DNA of 64,000 bases from Bacteroidaceae bacterium (lineage in GTDB: Bacteria > Bacillota > Clostridia > Oscillospirales > Acutalibacteraceae): positions 4,841 through 68,840 of the forward strand of contig CAVCCW010000001.1 in assembly GCA_963600825.1 (NCBI GenBank). The letters are read 5' to 3'. This document shows positions 9,214 through 18,666 of this stretch, piece by piece. The notes under the pieces were generated by a model that saw nothing but the letters and a program-made list of their open reading frames with translations, ran no database searches and was not told where the DNA came from. The number at the start of each line of letters is the position of its first letter. The first letter of the stretch is position 1. A program made the position numbers and the translations under genes.

Positions 9214-11346
9214 ATGGGAATCAGTAAAGCCAGAACTGTAGCCGTAAATGTTATTATTGGAATTCTTTGCCTTACTCTGACTGGTGTGCTGTTCTGGGCG
9301 CAGCTGGGCAACTCCGATGCTGCCGGAAGTGCAACCGCGTACAATGTAACTGTGGATGCTGTCCGCGGAGAAATCTTAGACCGAAATGGTTCAGCTATTG
9401 TTACCAACCGCCAGGGGAACTCTATTACTTTTAATGCCGTCAGCTTTCCCAGCAGTGACGAACAAAGTTCCCGTAATGAAATTATCCTGTCCCTGATCCA
9501 ATTGGCAGAAGCCAATAATGTGGAATATGTGGATAATCTTCCCATTATCCTGGATAGCACAGGAAACTATGTCTTTACGACAGAAGACACGGATACCGCT
9601 GCGGCAATGGATGAATCTGACACCAAAGAAGCGGAATCTTATATTACCTGGTTGAAGTCGTCCGACATGTTAAATCTGAACAGTTACGCTACCGCAGAAA
9701 ACTGTATGGATGCGTTAATTAAGCGATATCAGCTGGAGTCTTACTCTAAACAGGAAGCCCGGGATATTGCTTCCGTTTGTGTACAGATGAAGAAGGAAAA
9801 CTTCAGTAAGTCTTATCCGTACACCTTTGCAGAAGATGTCTCTATGGATTTTGTTACCATTATTATGGAAAACAAGAGCTTTTATAAAGGCGTGGAAAAT
9901 ACGGTAGTAGCTTACCGCGAATATACAGACGGTACCTTGGCACCACATGTTATTGGGCGCACCTCTAACATTGATGCTGATACCTACAATGCCAAAACAG
10001 AAGAGCTGGAGCAAGCCATAAAGGAAGCAAACACGTCAGATGAGGAAGCGGAATTAAAGCGGAACGCTTATACCGTAACGGATGTTTATGGCAGCTCCGG
10101 AATAGAATTGGCTATGGAGTCCTATTTACGTGGAACACGCGGTGTAAAAACGGTTTCCGTCGGTGCGGACGGAACGGCTACCGAAACTTATTCCATAGAA
10201 CCGCAACAGGGAAATGCCGTTGTTTTGACGTTGGATGCAGGATTACAAAAAGTAGCGCAGGAATCGCTGAAAAACCGAGTAGATACTTTAAATATTTCCT
10301 CCTCCTTAACTTGTGCAGCGGCCGTTGTTGTAATGAATGTTAATACAGGAGAAGTACTGGCCTGTGCAAGTTATCCTACCTATGACAATAGCACTTGGAG
10401 TGAAAACTATAGTACCTGGGCCAATGATGATTCAGCCCCTCTTTGGAACCGTGCTCTGAACAGTGTATACGAACCGGGTTCCACCTTTAAGCCGCTGGTT
10501 GCTGTGGCCGGGCTGGAAGAAGGCGTCATTGACGAAGATTTTACGGTTGCTTGTAATGGCTCTTATACTTATTACTCTGATCATACCTATCATTGTGCGC
10601 ACAACAAAGCACACGGAACCAATAACGTAGTTGGTGCACTGAAAGAATCCTGTAACGTATTCTTTTATGAAACCGGCCGGTTGCTTGGCATTACCAAGTT
10701 GGACCAATGGGCAGAGGCCTTTGGCCTTGGCCAAAAAACTGGTATTGAAATTTCCGAAGCAACCGGACAGATGTCCAGCCCGGAAGAACGGCAGGCCAGC
10801 GGCGGTACCTGGTATCCCGGTGATACCATTACTACAGCCATCGGCCAGTGTGACAACCAGTTCACTTTAATTCAGCTTTGTAATTACGTAGCCACTTTGG
10901 CCAACGGCGGAACGCGATACGTACCGCACCTGGTAAAGAAGGTCCTTTCTGCAGATTATTCGGAAACGGTTTTGGAAAAGGATCCGGAAGTAGCCCAAAA
11001 AATCAGTATCAGCAGCAAGACATTATCTTTGGTAAAAGAAGGTATGCTGAAAGTGGCATCGGAAGGTTCCTGCAAACAATATTTCCAGAATCTGCCGGTA
11101 CAGGTAGCTGCCAAGACCGGTACTTCCGAAGTTACCAAAAAGGTAGGAGACGAATATATTGAAGGCAATAACGGATTCCTGATTTCCTTTGCACCGTATA
11201 AAGATCCGGAAATTGCAGTAGCCGTTGTTGTTGAAACGGCAGATGCTGGGTCTTTGACCGCCGTTATTGCAGCCGATATTTATGATTATTACTTCTCTGC
11301 CAAAACGCTGCAAAGCACGGCAGACTATAACACGTTGCTTTCGTAA
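9214..11346 (+). CDS. mrdA: penicillin-binding protein 2 (class B transpeptidase)
   Basis: N-terminal TM helix and dimerisation domain, then transpeptidase motifs SxxK (STFK), SxN (SCN) and KTG (KTGTS). Confidence 0.9.
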   Translation: MGISKARTVAVNVIIGILCLTLTGVLFWAQLGNSDAAGSATAYNVTVDAVRGEILDRNGSAIVTNRQGNSITFNAVSFPSSDEQSSRNEIILSLIQLAEANNVEYVDNLPIILDSTGNYVFTTEDTDTAAAMDESDTKEAESYITWLKSSDMLNLNSYATAENCMDALIKRYQLESYSKQEARDIASVCVQMKKENFSKSYPYTFAEDVSMDFVTIIMENKSFYKGVENTVVAYREYTDGTLAPHVIGRTSNIDADTYNAKTEELEQAIKEANTSDEEAELKRNAYTVTDVYGSSGIELAMESYLRGTRGVKTVSVGADGTATETYSIEPQQGNAVVLTLDAGLQKVAQESLKNRVDTLNISSSLTCAAAVVVMNVNTGEVLACASYPTYDNSTWSENYSTWANDDSAPLWNRALNSVYEPGSTFKPLVAVAGLEEGVIDEDFTVACNGSYTYYSDHTYHCAHNKAHGTNNVVGALKESCNVFFYETGRLLGITKLDQWAEAFGLGQKTGIEISEATGQMSSPEERQASGGTWYPGDTITTAIGQCDNQFTLIQLCNYVATLANGGTRYVPHLVKKVLSADYSETVLEKDPEVAQKISISSKTLSLVKEGMLKVASEGSCKQYFQNLPVQVAAKTGTSEVTKKVGDEYIEGNNGFLISFAPYKDPEIAVAVVVETADAGSLTAVIAADIYDYYFSAKTLQSTADYNTLLS

Positions 11347-11366
11347 GCGGAAGGGGATGACTTGCG

Positions 11367-12107
11367 GTGTCAGAACAAAAGAAGAAAGCCAGAAAAGTTT
11401 TGCTTACTTCCGGTAAGGGCGGCGTGGGAAAATCCACATTGACCGCCATGATGGGGCGGGTTTTAACCACCCTGAATAAAAAAGTACTACTTCTTGATTT
11501 TGATATTGCGCTGCGCACGCAGGATCTGATGCTTGGTGTGGCAGACCGTGTGGTTTATGACTGGTATGATGTTATTGCAGGTCGCTGCAAGCCCATGGCG
11601 GCGGTTATCTCGCCCAGCATGTCCGGGCCGGATGTCCTGGCAGCACCATTAAAACCGCACCCCATTACCAAAGAGCAGGTTTTAACCCTGCTGGCGCAGT
11701 ATGAAAATTTTTATGATTATATCCTGGTAGACAGCCCGGCCGGCGTTGGATCTGGCTTTACCGCCGCCACGTGGGGTATGGATTTGGCACTGGTGGTATC
11801 CACGCCGGATCCCGTTTGTGTCCACAGTGCTTCCGTTGCTGTGGATTTGTTACAGGAAACAGGCCTTCCGTGCCGTTTACTGATTAACCGGTTTATTCGC
11901 AAATCGGTGGAAAAGGAACGTGCGCTGAACATAGACAATACTATAGATGCAGTAGGAGCAAGGCTGATTGGCGTAGTTCCGGAGGACATGCAGCTGGCGC
12001 TGGCTGCACAAACCGGGACCTGCGTGGATCTGCGGCGCAAATCCGCCAAAGCACTGCAGCGGATCTGTGCCCGCCTGGAAGGAGAAAATGTACCCTTGAA
12101 AGTGTAA
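11367..12107 (+). CDS. minD: MinD-family ParA-type ATPase lacking the C-terminal membrane-targeting helix
   Basis: GTG start. Deviant Walker A SGKGGVGKST. Collinear with MinD through ..LEGENVPLKV, where it stops. Confidence 0.75.
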   Translation: MSEQKKKARKVLLTSGKGGVGKSTLTAMMGRVLTTLNKKVLLLDFDIALRTQDLMLGVADRVVYDWYDVIAGRCKPMAAVISPSMSGPDVLAAPLKPHPITKEQVLTLLAQYENFYDYILVDSPAGVGSGFTAATWGMDLALVVSTPDPVCVHSASVAVDLLQETGLPCRLLINRFIRKSVEKERALNIDNTIDAVGARLIGVVPEDMQLALAAQTGTCVDLRRKSAKALQRICARLEGENVPLKV

Positions 12108-12214
12108 GGATGACATTTTTGCTTTTGTGAAAAGAACACAAAAGCCGGTTGTTTAAAACAACCTTTTGTGTTAAAATGGTCACGACTTACAGGTATCAAA
12201 GGAGAGATATTCTC

Positions 12215-12646
12215 ATGAATATAGCCATTATTGCTCATGATGTAAAAAAGGAACTCATGACCCAGTTCTGTATTGCTTATGCGGGCATCCTTAGTCAGCA
12301 CAAACTCTGTGCTACCGGCACCACCGGAAAAATTGTATCGGAAGCCACCGGTCTGTCCATTCAGAAGTTTTTAAGCGGAGACCAGGGCGGAGAACAGCAA
12401 ATTGCATCCCGCATTGCCTGTAATGAAATTGACTTGCTCTTAATGTTTGGAGATCCTTTAAACCCGAAGCCAATGGAGCCAATTGAAGCAGATTTACTTC
12501 GGCTTTGCAATGTGCATAACGTTCCGGTTGCCACCAATATTGCCACGGCAGAGGCCCTCATTCATTCCCTTGCCCGTGGAGATCTGGACTGGCGGGATAT
12601 TGTCAATCCGAAGACGGATCAAAGAAAACAAATGACAGAAGAATAA
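12215..12646 (+). CDS. mgsA: methylglyoxal synthase family protein (active-site variant)
   Basis: 143 aa from the ATG behind an AAAGGAG RBS. IIAHDxKK and ATGTTG motifs are present. GGDQQ reads GGEQQ and PH(D/E)PD reads PMEPI. Confidence 0.7.
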   Translation: MNIAIIAHDVKKELMTQFCIAYAGILSQHKLCATGTTGKIVSEATGLSIQKFLSGDQGGEQQIASRIACNEIDLLLMFGDPLNPKPMEPIEADLLRLCNVHNVPVATNIATAEALIHSLARGDLDWRDIVNPKTDQRKQMTEE

Positions 12647-12711
12647 CCTTGCAAGCGCCTGCAAAAGATATGACTCTTTTGCAGGCCCTTTTACTTTTTG
12701 GAGGAAGAATT

Positions 12712-14124
12712 ATGCGAAAAACAAAGATTATCTGCACCATTGGCCCAGCCTGTGACGATCCTGCCATCTTACGGCAACTTTGCCTTGCCGGCATGAATGT
12801 GGCCCGTCTGAACTTTTCCCATGGCACCCATGAGGAACATCAGGTCCGGATTGACAATCTGAAGAAGGTGCGGGAAGAACTGAACCTGCCAATTGCTATC
12901 ATGCTGGATACCAAAGGTCCGGAATATCGCATTAAAACCTTCAAAAACAGAAAAGTTACCTTAAAGGAAGGAGACAAGTTCACCTTTACTACCGATGAGG
13001 TAGAGGGAGATGAACACCGCGTTTCCGTTACCTATAAAGATCTGATTTCCGACCTTTCTGTTGGAGATATTATTCTGGTTAACAACGGCCTGGTCAGCTT
13101 TAAAGTAGAAGAACTGGAAGGCAATAATGCCAACTGTGTGGTTCAAATTGGCGGCGAGCTGTCCAATCAGAAGTCCATGAACTTCCCGAACCATGTTATG
13201 ACCAATGCCTACCTTAGTGAACAGGACAAGTCCGACCTGCTCTTCGGTATCAAGAACGATGTAGACTTTATTGCCGCTTCCTTTGTTTCCACTAAGCAGG
13301 ATCTGCAGGATTTGCGGGATTATCTGGATGCCAATGGCGGCAAGGACATTGAATTGGTTGCCAAAATTGAAAACCGTTCCGGTGTAGACCATGTAACTGA
13401 AATCTGCGATTTAGCAGACGGCGTTATGGTAGCTCGTGGCGATCTTGGAGTAGAAATTCCGTTTGTAGAAGTTCCGGCCATTCAGAAAAAGGTGATTGAT
13501 ACCTGCCGGATGCTGGGGCGCCGCGTCATTACGGCCACGGAGATGCTGGAAAGCATGATTGTAAACCCGCGTCCGACACGGGCGGAAATTTCCGACGTGG
13601 CAAACGCGGTTTATGACGGCGCTTCCGCCATCATGCTGTCCGGAGAAACAGCTGCCGGTAAATATCCGGTAGAATCCGTAAAGTATATGGCAGAAATTGC
13701 CGAGTATACGGAAAAGAATATTCATTATGAACGCCGTTTCCACGACACTCCCTTTAAAATCCACAATAAATTGGATGCTATTTCCCATTCCACCTGCTCC
13801 ATGGCCATTGACGTCGGCGCCAAAGCAATTGTTGTTAACTCTTTGACCGGTGCAACCGCCCGTATGGTCAGCCGGTTCCGTGCTCCAATTGATATTATTG
13901 GAACCACAACTACAGAGCGCGTATGGCGGCGGTTGAACCTGAGCTGGGGCGTTACGCCGGTTCTGTTGGAAGAGTTTGATTCTACAGAAGTTATGTTCTA
14001 CAGTTCTCTTCGGGAAGCCCAGAAAGTGCTGGATTTGAAACCGGGAGATAACGTGGTTGTTACCGGTGGACAAACGGCCGGTAAAGAGGGCTCTACCAAT
14101 ATGATTCGGATTGCCACCCTGTAA
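12712..14124 (+). CDS. pyk: pyruvate kinase
   Basis: MRKTKIICTIGPA.., MLDTKGPE, VARGDLGVEIP. 470 aa from the internal ATG with a GGAGGA RBS. Confidence 0.95.
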   Translation: MRKTKIICTIGPACDDPAILRQLCLAGMNVARLNFSHGTHEEHQVRIDNLKKVREELNLPIAIMLDTKGPEYRIKTFKNRKVTLKEGDKFTFTTDEVEGDEHRVSVTYKDLISDLSVGDIILVNNGLVSFKVEELEGNNANCVVQIGGELSNQKSMNFPNHVMTNAYLSEQDKSDLLFGIKNDVDFIAASFVSTKQDLQDLRDYLDANGGKDIELVAKIENRSGVDHVTEICDLADGVMVARGDLGVEIPFVEVPAIQKKVIDTCRMLGRRVITATEMLESMIVNPRPTRAEISDVANAVYDGASAIMLSGETAAGKYPVESVKYMAEIAEYTEKNIHYERRFHDTPFKIHNKLDAISHSTCSMAIDVGAKAIVVNSLTGATARMVSRFRAPIDIIGTTTTERVWRRLNLSWGVTPVLLEEFDSTEVMFYSSLREAQKVLDLKPGDNVVVTGGQTAGKEGSTNMIRIATL

Positions 14125-14201
14125 TGTTTGCAAAAGGGCAACCCTGGTATTATAATTTCAAAGGTTAAAATTCTGCCCCGGAGGGGCTTAGGAGGTTCTT
14201 T

Positions 14202-15557
14202 ATGTCCCTTGTTACACAGGCCATAAAAGGAACACAGGACACACTGCCGCAAAACAGTCATAAGATCCAATTCTTAGAGGCTACCTTGGCAGACATTGCC
14301 GGAAATTACGGCTTTAAAGAAATCCGTACACCGGTGTTTGAACACACAGAATTATTTGATCGCTCTGTTGGGGATACAACAGATGTAGTTCAAAAAGAAA
14401 TGTATACCTTCCTGGATAAGGGCGGCCGGTCTATTACCCTGCGCCCTGAGGGCACCGCCGGTGCGGTTCGCTCCTACTTGGAACACGGTTTATTTAATGA
14501 TGCTGCACCGCAGAAGCTGTATTATTTGACTTCCTGTTACCGATATGAAAAGCCGCAGGCAGGGCGTTTGCGGGAATTCCACCAATTTGGTGTAGAATGC
14601 TTTGGAACGCAAAGCCCGGCTGCAGATGCAGAAGTCATTGCACTGGCAGATGAAGTGTTTGGTTTCCTTGGTGTAAAAGATCTGACTTTGGAAATCAACA
14701 GCATCGGTTGTCCGCATTGCCGCCCGCAATACCAGCAAGCTTTGCGGGACTACTTTGCAGAACGCAAGGATCAACTTTGTGATACCTGCAAAGGCCGCCT
14801 GGAAAAGAATCCTATGCGGATTTTAGACTGCAAGGATCCGGGAGACGCCGCTATTGCCGCTGGGGCACCGGTAGTTTTGGATTATCTTTGCCAGGAATGC
14901 AAAGACCACTTTGAAAAGGTGCAGGCGTACTTAAGTGCCATGCAGATTGACTACACAATTAACCCACGCATTGTGCGGGGCCTGGACTATTACACCAAGA
15001 CGGTGTTTGAATTTGTTTCTACCGGAATTGGTGCCCAGGGCACCGTTTGCGGCGGCGGCCGGTATGACGGCCTTTGCGAAGAGCTGGGCGGCAAGCCGAC
15101 ACCGGCACTCGGCTTCGGCATGGGGATAGAACGTCTGATGCTGGTGCTGGAAGCGCAGCAGATTGCGCTTCCGGAAGCAGAGCATCCGCAATTATATCTT
15201 GCTTCCGCCGGAGAAGCGGCCACCCTAAAAGCCTGCCAGATTGCACATGACCTGCGCAGCGAAGGGGTTTATGTTTTATTTGATACGGTTGGCCGCTCCG
15301 TAAAAGCGCAAATGAAATATGCCAATAAAGTTGGTGCCGACTTTGTGGTTGTCCTTGGGGACAATGAACTGGAATCCGGTACCGTCAGCTTAAAAAATAT
15401 GCAAAGCGGGGAATGCCAGGAAATGGCACTTGATAGTTTTGCAGAAGACTTCAGTAATGTGTCCTTACAACAGATGGTGGCCTCCCTCGGTGCCGAGTTT
15501 GCAGAGACCGACATGGAAGGATTCAATATCACCGATTTTTTGGGAGGGAACCTGTAA
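14202..15557 (+). CDS. hisS: histidyl-tRNA synthetase
   Basis: Class II motifs (LRPEGTA, YRYE.PQ.GR.REF.Q, GGGRYD). Confidence 0.95.
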   Translation: MSLVTQAIKGTQDTLPQNSHKIQFLEATLADIAGNYGFKEIRTPVFEHTELFDRSVGDTTDVVQKEMYTFLDKGGRSITLRPEGTAGAVRSYLEHGLFNDAAPQKLYYLTSCYRYEKPQAGRLREFHQFGVECFGTQSPAADAEVIALADEVFGFLGVKDLTLEINSIGCPHCRPQYQQALRDYFAERKDQLCDTCKGRLEKNPMRILDCKDPGDAAIAAGAPVVLDYLCQECKDHFEKVQAYLSAMQIDYTINPRIVRGLDYYTKTVFEFVSTGIGAQGTVCGGGRYDGLCEELGGKPTPALGFGMGIERLMLVLEAQQIALPEAEHPQLYLASAGEAATLKACQIAHDLRSEGVYVLFDTVGRSVKAQMKYANKVGADFVVVLGDNELESGTVSLKNMQSGECQEMALDSFAEDFSNVSLQQMVASLGAEFAETDMEGFNITDFLGGNL

Positions 15558-17338
15558 TGGATTTAATGACCGGACTGAAACGTACAAATTATTGTAATGA
15601 CTTTACCGCAGACAGTATCGGAAACGAAGCTGTCGTTTGCGGTTGGGCCGCAAAGCAGCGTGACTTAGGCGGCCTGATTTTCATTGACCTGCGGGACCGC
15701 ACCGGTGTGGTTCAGCTGGCCTTTGACGATTCTTCTGACAAGGCTGTTTTTGACAAGGCAGCCACTGTTCGTTCCGAATTTGTTTTAATGGCAAAGGGCA
15801 CCGTCAGAGAACGCGCCTCTAAAAATAAAGACATCAAAACCGGAGACATTGAAATTTTTGTCACAGATCTCCGCATCCTTGGAAAGTCGGAAACACCGCC
15901 TTTTGAAATTACGGACGATGTAAAAACAGACGAATTAAAGCGGCTGCAATACCGGTATTTGGACCTCAGAAGACCAGCATTGCTGAACAATCTTTTGATG
16001 CGCCACAAGATTACCAAGGTAACCAGAGACTACTTTGATGAAAACGGCTTTATTGAAATTGAAACCCCGATGCTGATTAAGTCTACTCCGGAAGGAGCTC
16101 GGGACTTCTTGGTACCAAGCCGTATCCACAATGGGGAATTTTACGCTTTGCCGCAGTCCCCGCAGTTGTACAAGCAGTTGTCCATGGTAGCCGGTTTTGA
16201 CCGTTACATGCAGGTGGCCCGTTGCTTCCGTGACGAAGACCTGCGCGCAGACCGTCAGCCGGAATTTACCCAGATTGACGTGGAAATGTCTTTCGTAGAA
16301 ATGGAAGATGTCCTTGCCGTTGGGGAAGGCTACATGAAGCGGATTTTCAAGGAAATCTTGGATATTGATTTGCCGTTACCACTGCCTCGCCTGACCTATA
16401 AAGAAGCCATGGAACGCTACGGTTCCGACAAACCGGACACCCGCTATGGCATGGAAATTTATGACCTGTCTGACGTAGTGAAGGACAGCGGCTTCGGCGT
16501 TTTTGAAAGCGCCATTCAGGGCGGCGGCTCCGTTCGGGCCATTACCGCCAAGAATGCAGCAGGAACCCTTTCCCGGAAAGCCATTAACAAGCTGACAGAG
16601 GAGGCAAAGGGTATCGGCGCCAAGGGCCTTGCCTGGATTCGCTGGACAGACGAAGGATGTACGTCTTCGTTCGGTAAATTTATTTCCGAAGACTGTATGA
16701 ACGCCATTTTGGAGGCCGGCAAGGTAGAACAGGGAGACGTTGTTCTGATTATCGGGGACACCAATAACAAGCACGTTCTTACTATTTTGGGCGCTCTGCG
16801 TCAAACGGTTGCCAAGAAGCTGGATTTAATTCCGGAAGGCTTGTATAATGTTCTTTGGATTGTAGAAATGCCGTTCTTTGAATTTGACGAAGACCTTGGC
16901 GAATGGGTTGCCATGCATCACCCGTTTACCGCACCAATGGAAGAATGTCTTCCGTATCTGGAATCCGACAAAGAAAATGTCCGTGCCCAGTCTTATGACC
17001 TGGTTTTGAATGGCATTGAACTTTGCTCCGGCTCCATTCGTATCACTGATCCGGAACTGCAATCCCGCATCTTTGATCTGCTTGGCTTGACAGAAGAAGA
17101 GGCCATGAACAAATTTGGCTTCCTGATCAACGCGTTTAAATACGGCGCACCGCCACACGGTGGCTTTGGCCTTGGTTTAGACCGCCTTTGCATGCAACTT
17201 TTGGGTGCTTCTACCTTACGCGATGTAGTTGCTTATCCAAAAATCAAGGATGCCTCTGAACCTATGACCAACTGCCCTTCAGAAGTAGATGCAGACCAGT
17301 TAAAAGAACTCGGTATTGCTCTGGATTTGTCAGAATAA
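15557..17338 (+). CDS. aspS: aspartyl-tRNA synthetase
   Basis: OB-fold N-domain, FRDEDLRADRQPEFTQ and GGFGLGLDR motifs. Start overlaps the hisS stop (TAATG). Confidence 0.95.
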   Translation: MDLMTGLKRTNYCNDFTADSIGNEAVVCGWAAKQRDLGGLIFIDLRDRTGVVQLAFDDSSDKAVFDKAATVRSEFVLMAKGTVRERASKNKDIKTGDIEIFVTDLRILGKSETPPFEITDDVKTDELKRLQYRYLDLRRPALLNNLLMRHKITKVTRDYFDENGFIEIETPMLIKSTPEGARDFLVPSRIHNGEFYALPQSPQLYKQLSMVAGFDRYMQVARCFRDEDLRADRQPEFTQIDVEMSFVEMEDVLAVGEGYMKRIFKEILDIDLPLPLPRLTYKEAMERYGSDKPDTRYGMEIYDLSDVVKDSGFGVFESAIQGGGSVRAITAKNAAGTLSRKAINKLTEEAKGIGAKGLAWIRWTDEGCTSSFGKFISEDCMNAILEAGKVEQGDVVLIIGDTNNKHVLTILGALRQTVAKKLDLIPEGLYNVLWIVEMPFFEFDEDLGEWVAMHHPFTAPMEECLPYLESDKENVRAQSYDLVLNGIELCSGSIRITDPELQSRIFDLLGLTEEEAMNKFGFLINAFKYGAPPHGGFGLGLDRLCMQLLGASTLRDVVAYPKIKDASEPMTNCPSEVDADQLKELGIALDLSE

Positions 17339-17365
17339 AAGATTCGCAAAACACAGAACTTTTTA

Positions 17366-17408
17366 AGTACAGGATGAATTTACAGGTTCATTCTGTACTT
17401 TTATTTTT
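17366..17408 (+). terminator. intrinsic terminator after aspS
   Basis: AGTACAGGATGAA...TTCATTCTGTACT hairpin followed by TTTTATTTTT. Confidence 0.7.
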
Positions 17409-17422
17409 AAGGAGGTTTTTTA

Positions 17423-18586
17423 ATGTCAAACCATTATCCAACCGTCTTCATTCACGGCCTAGGTGGCTGGGGTGAAACAGACAAGGCAAGCAAATTTTTC
17501 CCGTACTTCGGGTCTACTCCTTCCAAAAACATGATTCAACATATGCGGGAAGAAGGGTATGAAGTGTATCAGCCGTCTCTTGGCCCGGTTACCTCGGCCT
17601 GGGATCGTTGCTGTGAACTGTGGGCCCAGCTGGTCGGCGGCACCGTAGACTACGGTAAAGTGCATTCCCAGAGACACGGCCACGCCAGATATGGACGGAC
17701 CTACGAAAAGGGCCTGATTGAAGACTGGGGAACCCCGGGAGATCATGCCAAAATTAATGTGGTTGGTCACAGCTTTGGCGGCCCGGTTGTAAAGCAGTTT
17801 GCAGAACTGATTGCAAACGGATGTCAGGAAGAAGTAAACGGAACACCGGAAGAAGAATTGTCCGGTCTGTTTAAAATAGAAAAACCGCAGAAGATTCACT
17901 GTGTTACCACCCTGTCCGGTGTAAACAACGGTACTACCATGGCTTCTCTGATGGGCAATAAGGGAATGACAATTATTACTTATGCTATTTTGATTGCCAA
18001 TGCCCTTGTTGGTCAGACCAGAGTCATGGATTTCTATGATTTCCGTACAGATCATTGGGGCGTTATGCCGGATCCAAGTACCGTAACCAAGCACAAGTTT
18101 ACCAATCCGCTGAAGAAGAAGGCCGCTTATGCTGCTTATGACAAGAACTTTGTGGATTCCTGTGCCCGTGAAATGATGGTAGAAACCGTACAGGATATGG
18201 TAAACCCAAGTCAGAGAACCAACCCGAAGTATTACTACTTTGTATACCGTGCGGCACGGCAGTTGAAGGATATGTTCTTCCTTTGCGCAGCGGCAGGAAA
18301 GCTGACCGGAAAAATTCAGGAAGATAAGCTGGCCTGCTACGGTGTAGATGCTTCCTGGAAAGAACAGGATGGCTTTGTAAATGTACCGGGACAAAGTGCA
18401 CCATTTAACCAGCCGTATGCAGACTTCCCTGGCGAAGAAAGCATTGAACCGGGCATTTGGTATAACATGCCGGTAGAAGACAAGGACCATATGTCCTGGA
18501 TGGGCTTCGGTGAACCGAAGGACAAGTACTTTGCCGAGTATGAAGTTATGTTGAAGCGGTTTGCCGCTTTGCCGGATGTAGACTAA
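17423..18586 (+). CDS. triacylglycerol lipase-like alpha/beta hydrolase (family I.5/I.6-like), no signal peptide
   Basis: FIHGLGGWG oxyanion region, GGTVDYG..H...HGHARYGRTYEG segment and GHSFGG nucleophile elbow, resembling staphylococcal/Geobacillus lipases. AGGAGG RBS. Confidence 0.75.
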   Translation: MSNHYPTVFIHGLGGWGETDKASKFFPYFGSTPSKNMIQHMREEGYEVYQPSLGPVTSAWDRCCELWAQLVGGTVDYGKVHSQRHGHARYGRTYEKGLIEDWGTPGDHAKINVVGHSFGGPVVKQFAELIANGCQEEVNGTPEEELSGLFKIEKPQKIHCVTTLSGVNNGTTMASLMGNKGMTIITYAILIANALVGQTRVMDFYDFRTDHWGVMPDPSTVTKHKFTNPLKKKAAYAAYDKNFVDSCAREMMVETVQDMVNPSQRTNPKYYYFVYRAARQLKDMFFLCAAAGKLTGKIQEDKLACYGVDASWKEQDGFVNVPGQSAPFNQPYADFPGEESIEPGIWYNMPVEDKDHMSWMGFGEPKDKYFAEYEVMLKRFAALPDVD

Positions 18587-18633
18587 GCGTAAAAACCGTT
18601 TAAAGATTGACATAGCCTCCAAAGCATGGTATT

Positions 18634-18666
18634 GTGTTCAAACGCGAATCATTCGCATTTGAACAC
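18634..18666. promoter_or_regulatory. Fur-family-type operator (15-1-15 inverted repeat with a 7-1-7 core)
   Basis: GTGTTCAAACGCGAAT-C-ATTCGCATTTGAACAC, one mismatch, centred on 18650. Lies 20 nt upstream of the transporter ATG, in an operon that encodes a Fur-family regulator. Confidence 0.55.

Noticed and set aside
14125-14201. Possible T-box leader upstream of hisS-aspS.
   Set aside because: Only 77 nt separate pyk and hisS. That is far too short for a T-box (~200+ nt), and no T-box consensus or terminator/antiterminator pair is visible.
17459-18622. 387-aa minus-strand ORF mirroring the lipase gene almost end to end (both are 387 aa).
   Set aside because: It is a shadow ORF. The plus-strand product has clear lipase motifs (GHSFGG, HG oxyanion region) and an AGGAGG RBS. 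The antisense translation is low-complexity and motif-free, has no RBS, and runs through the aspS-side terminator region.
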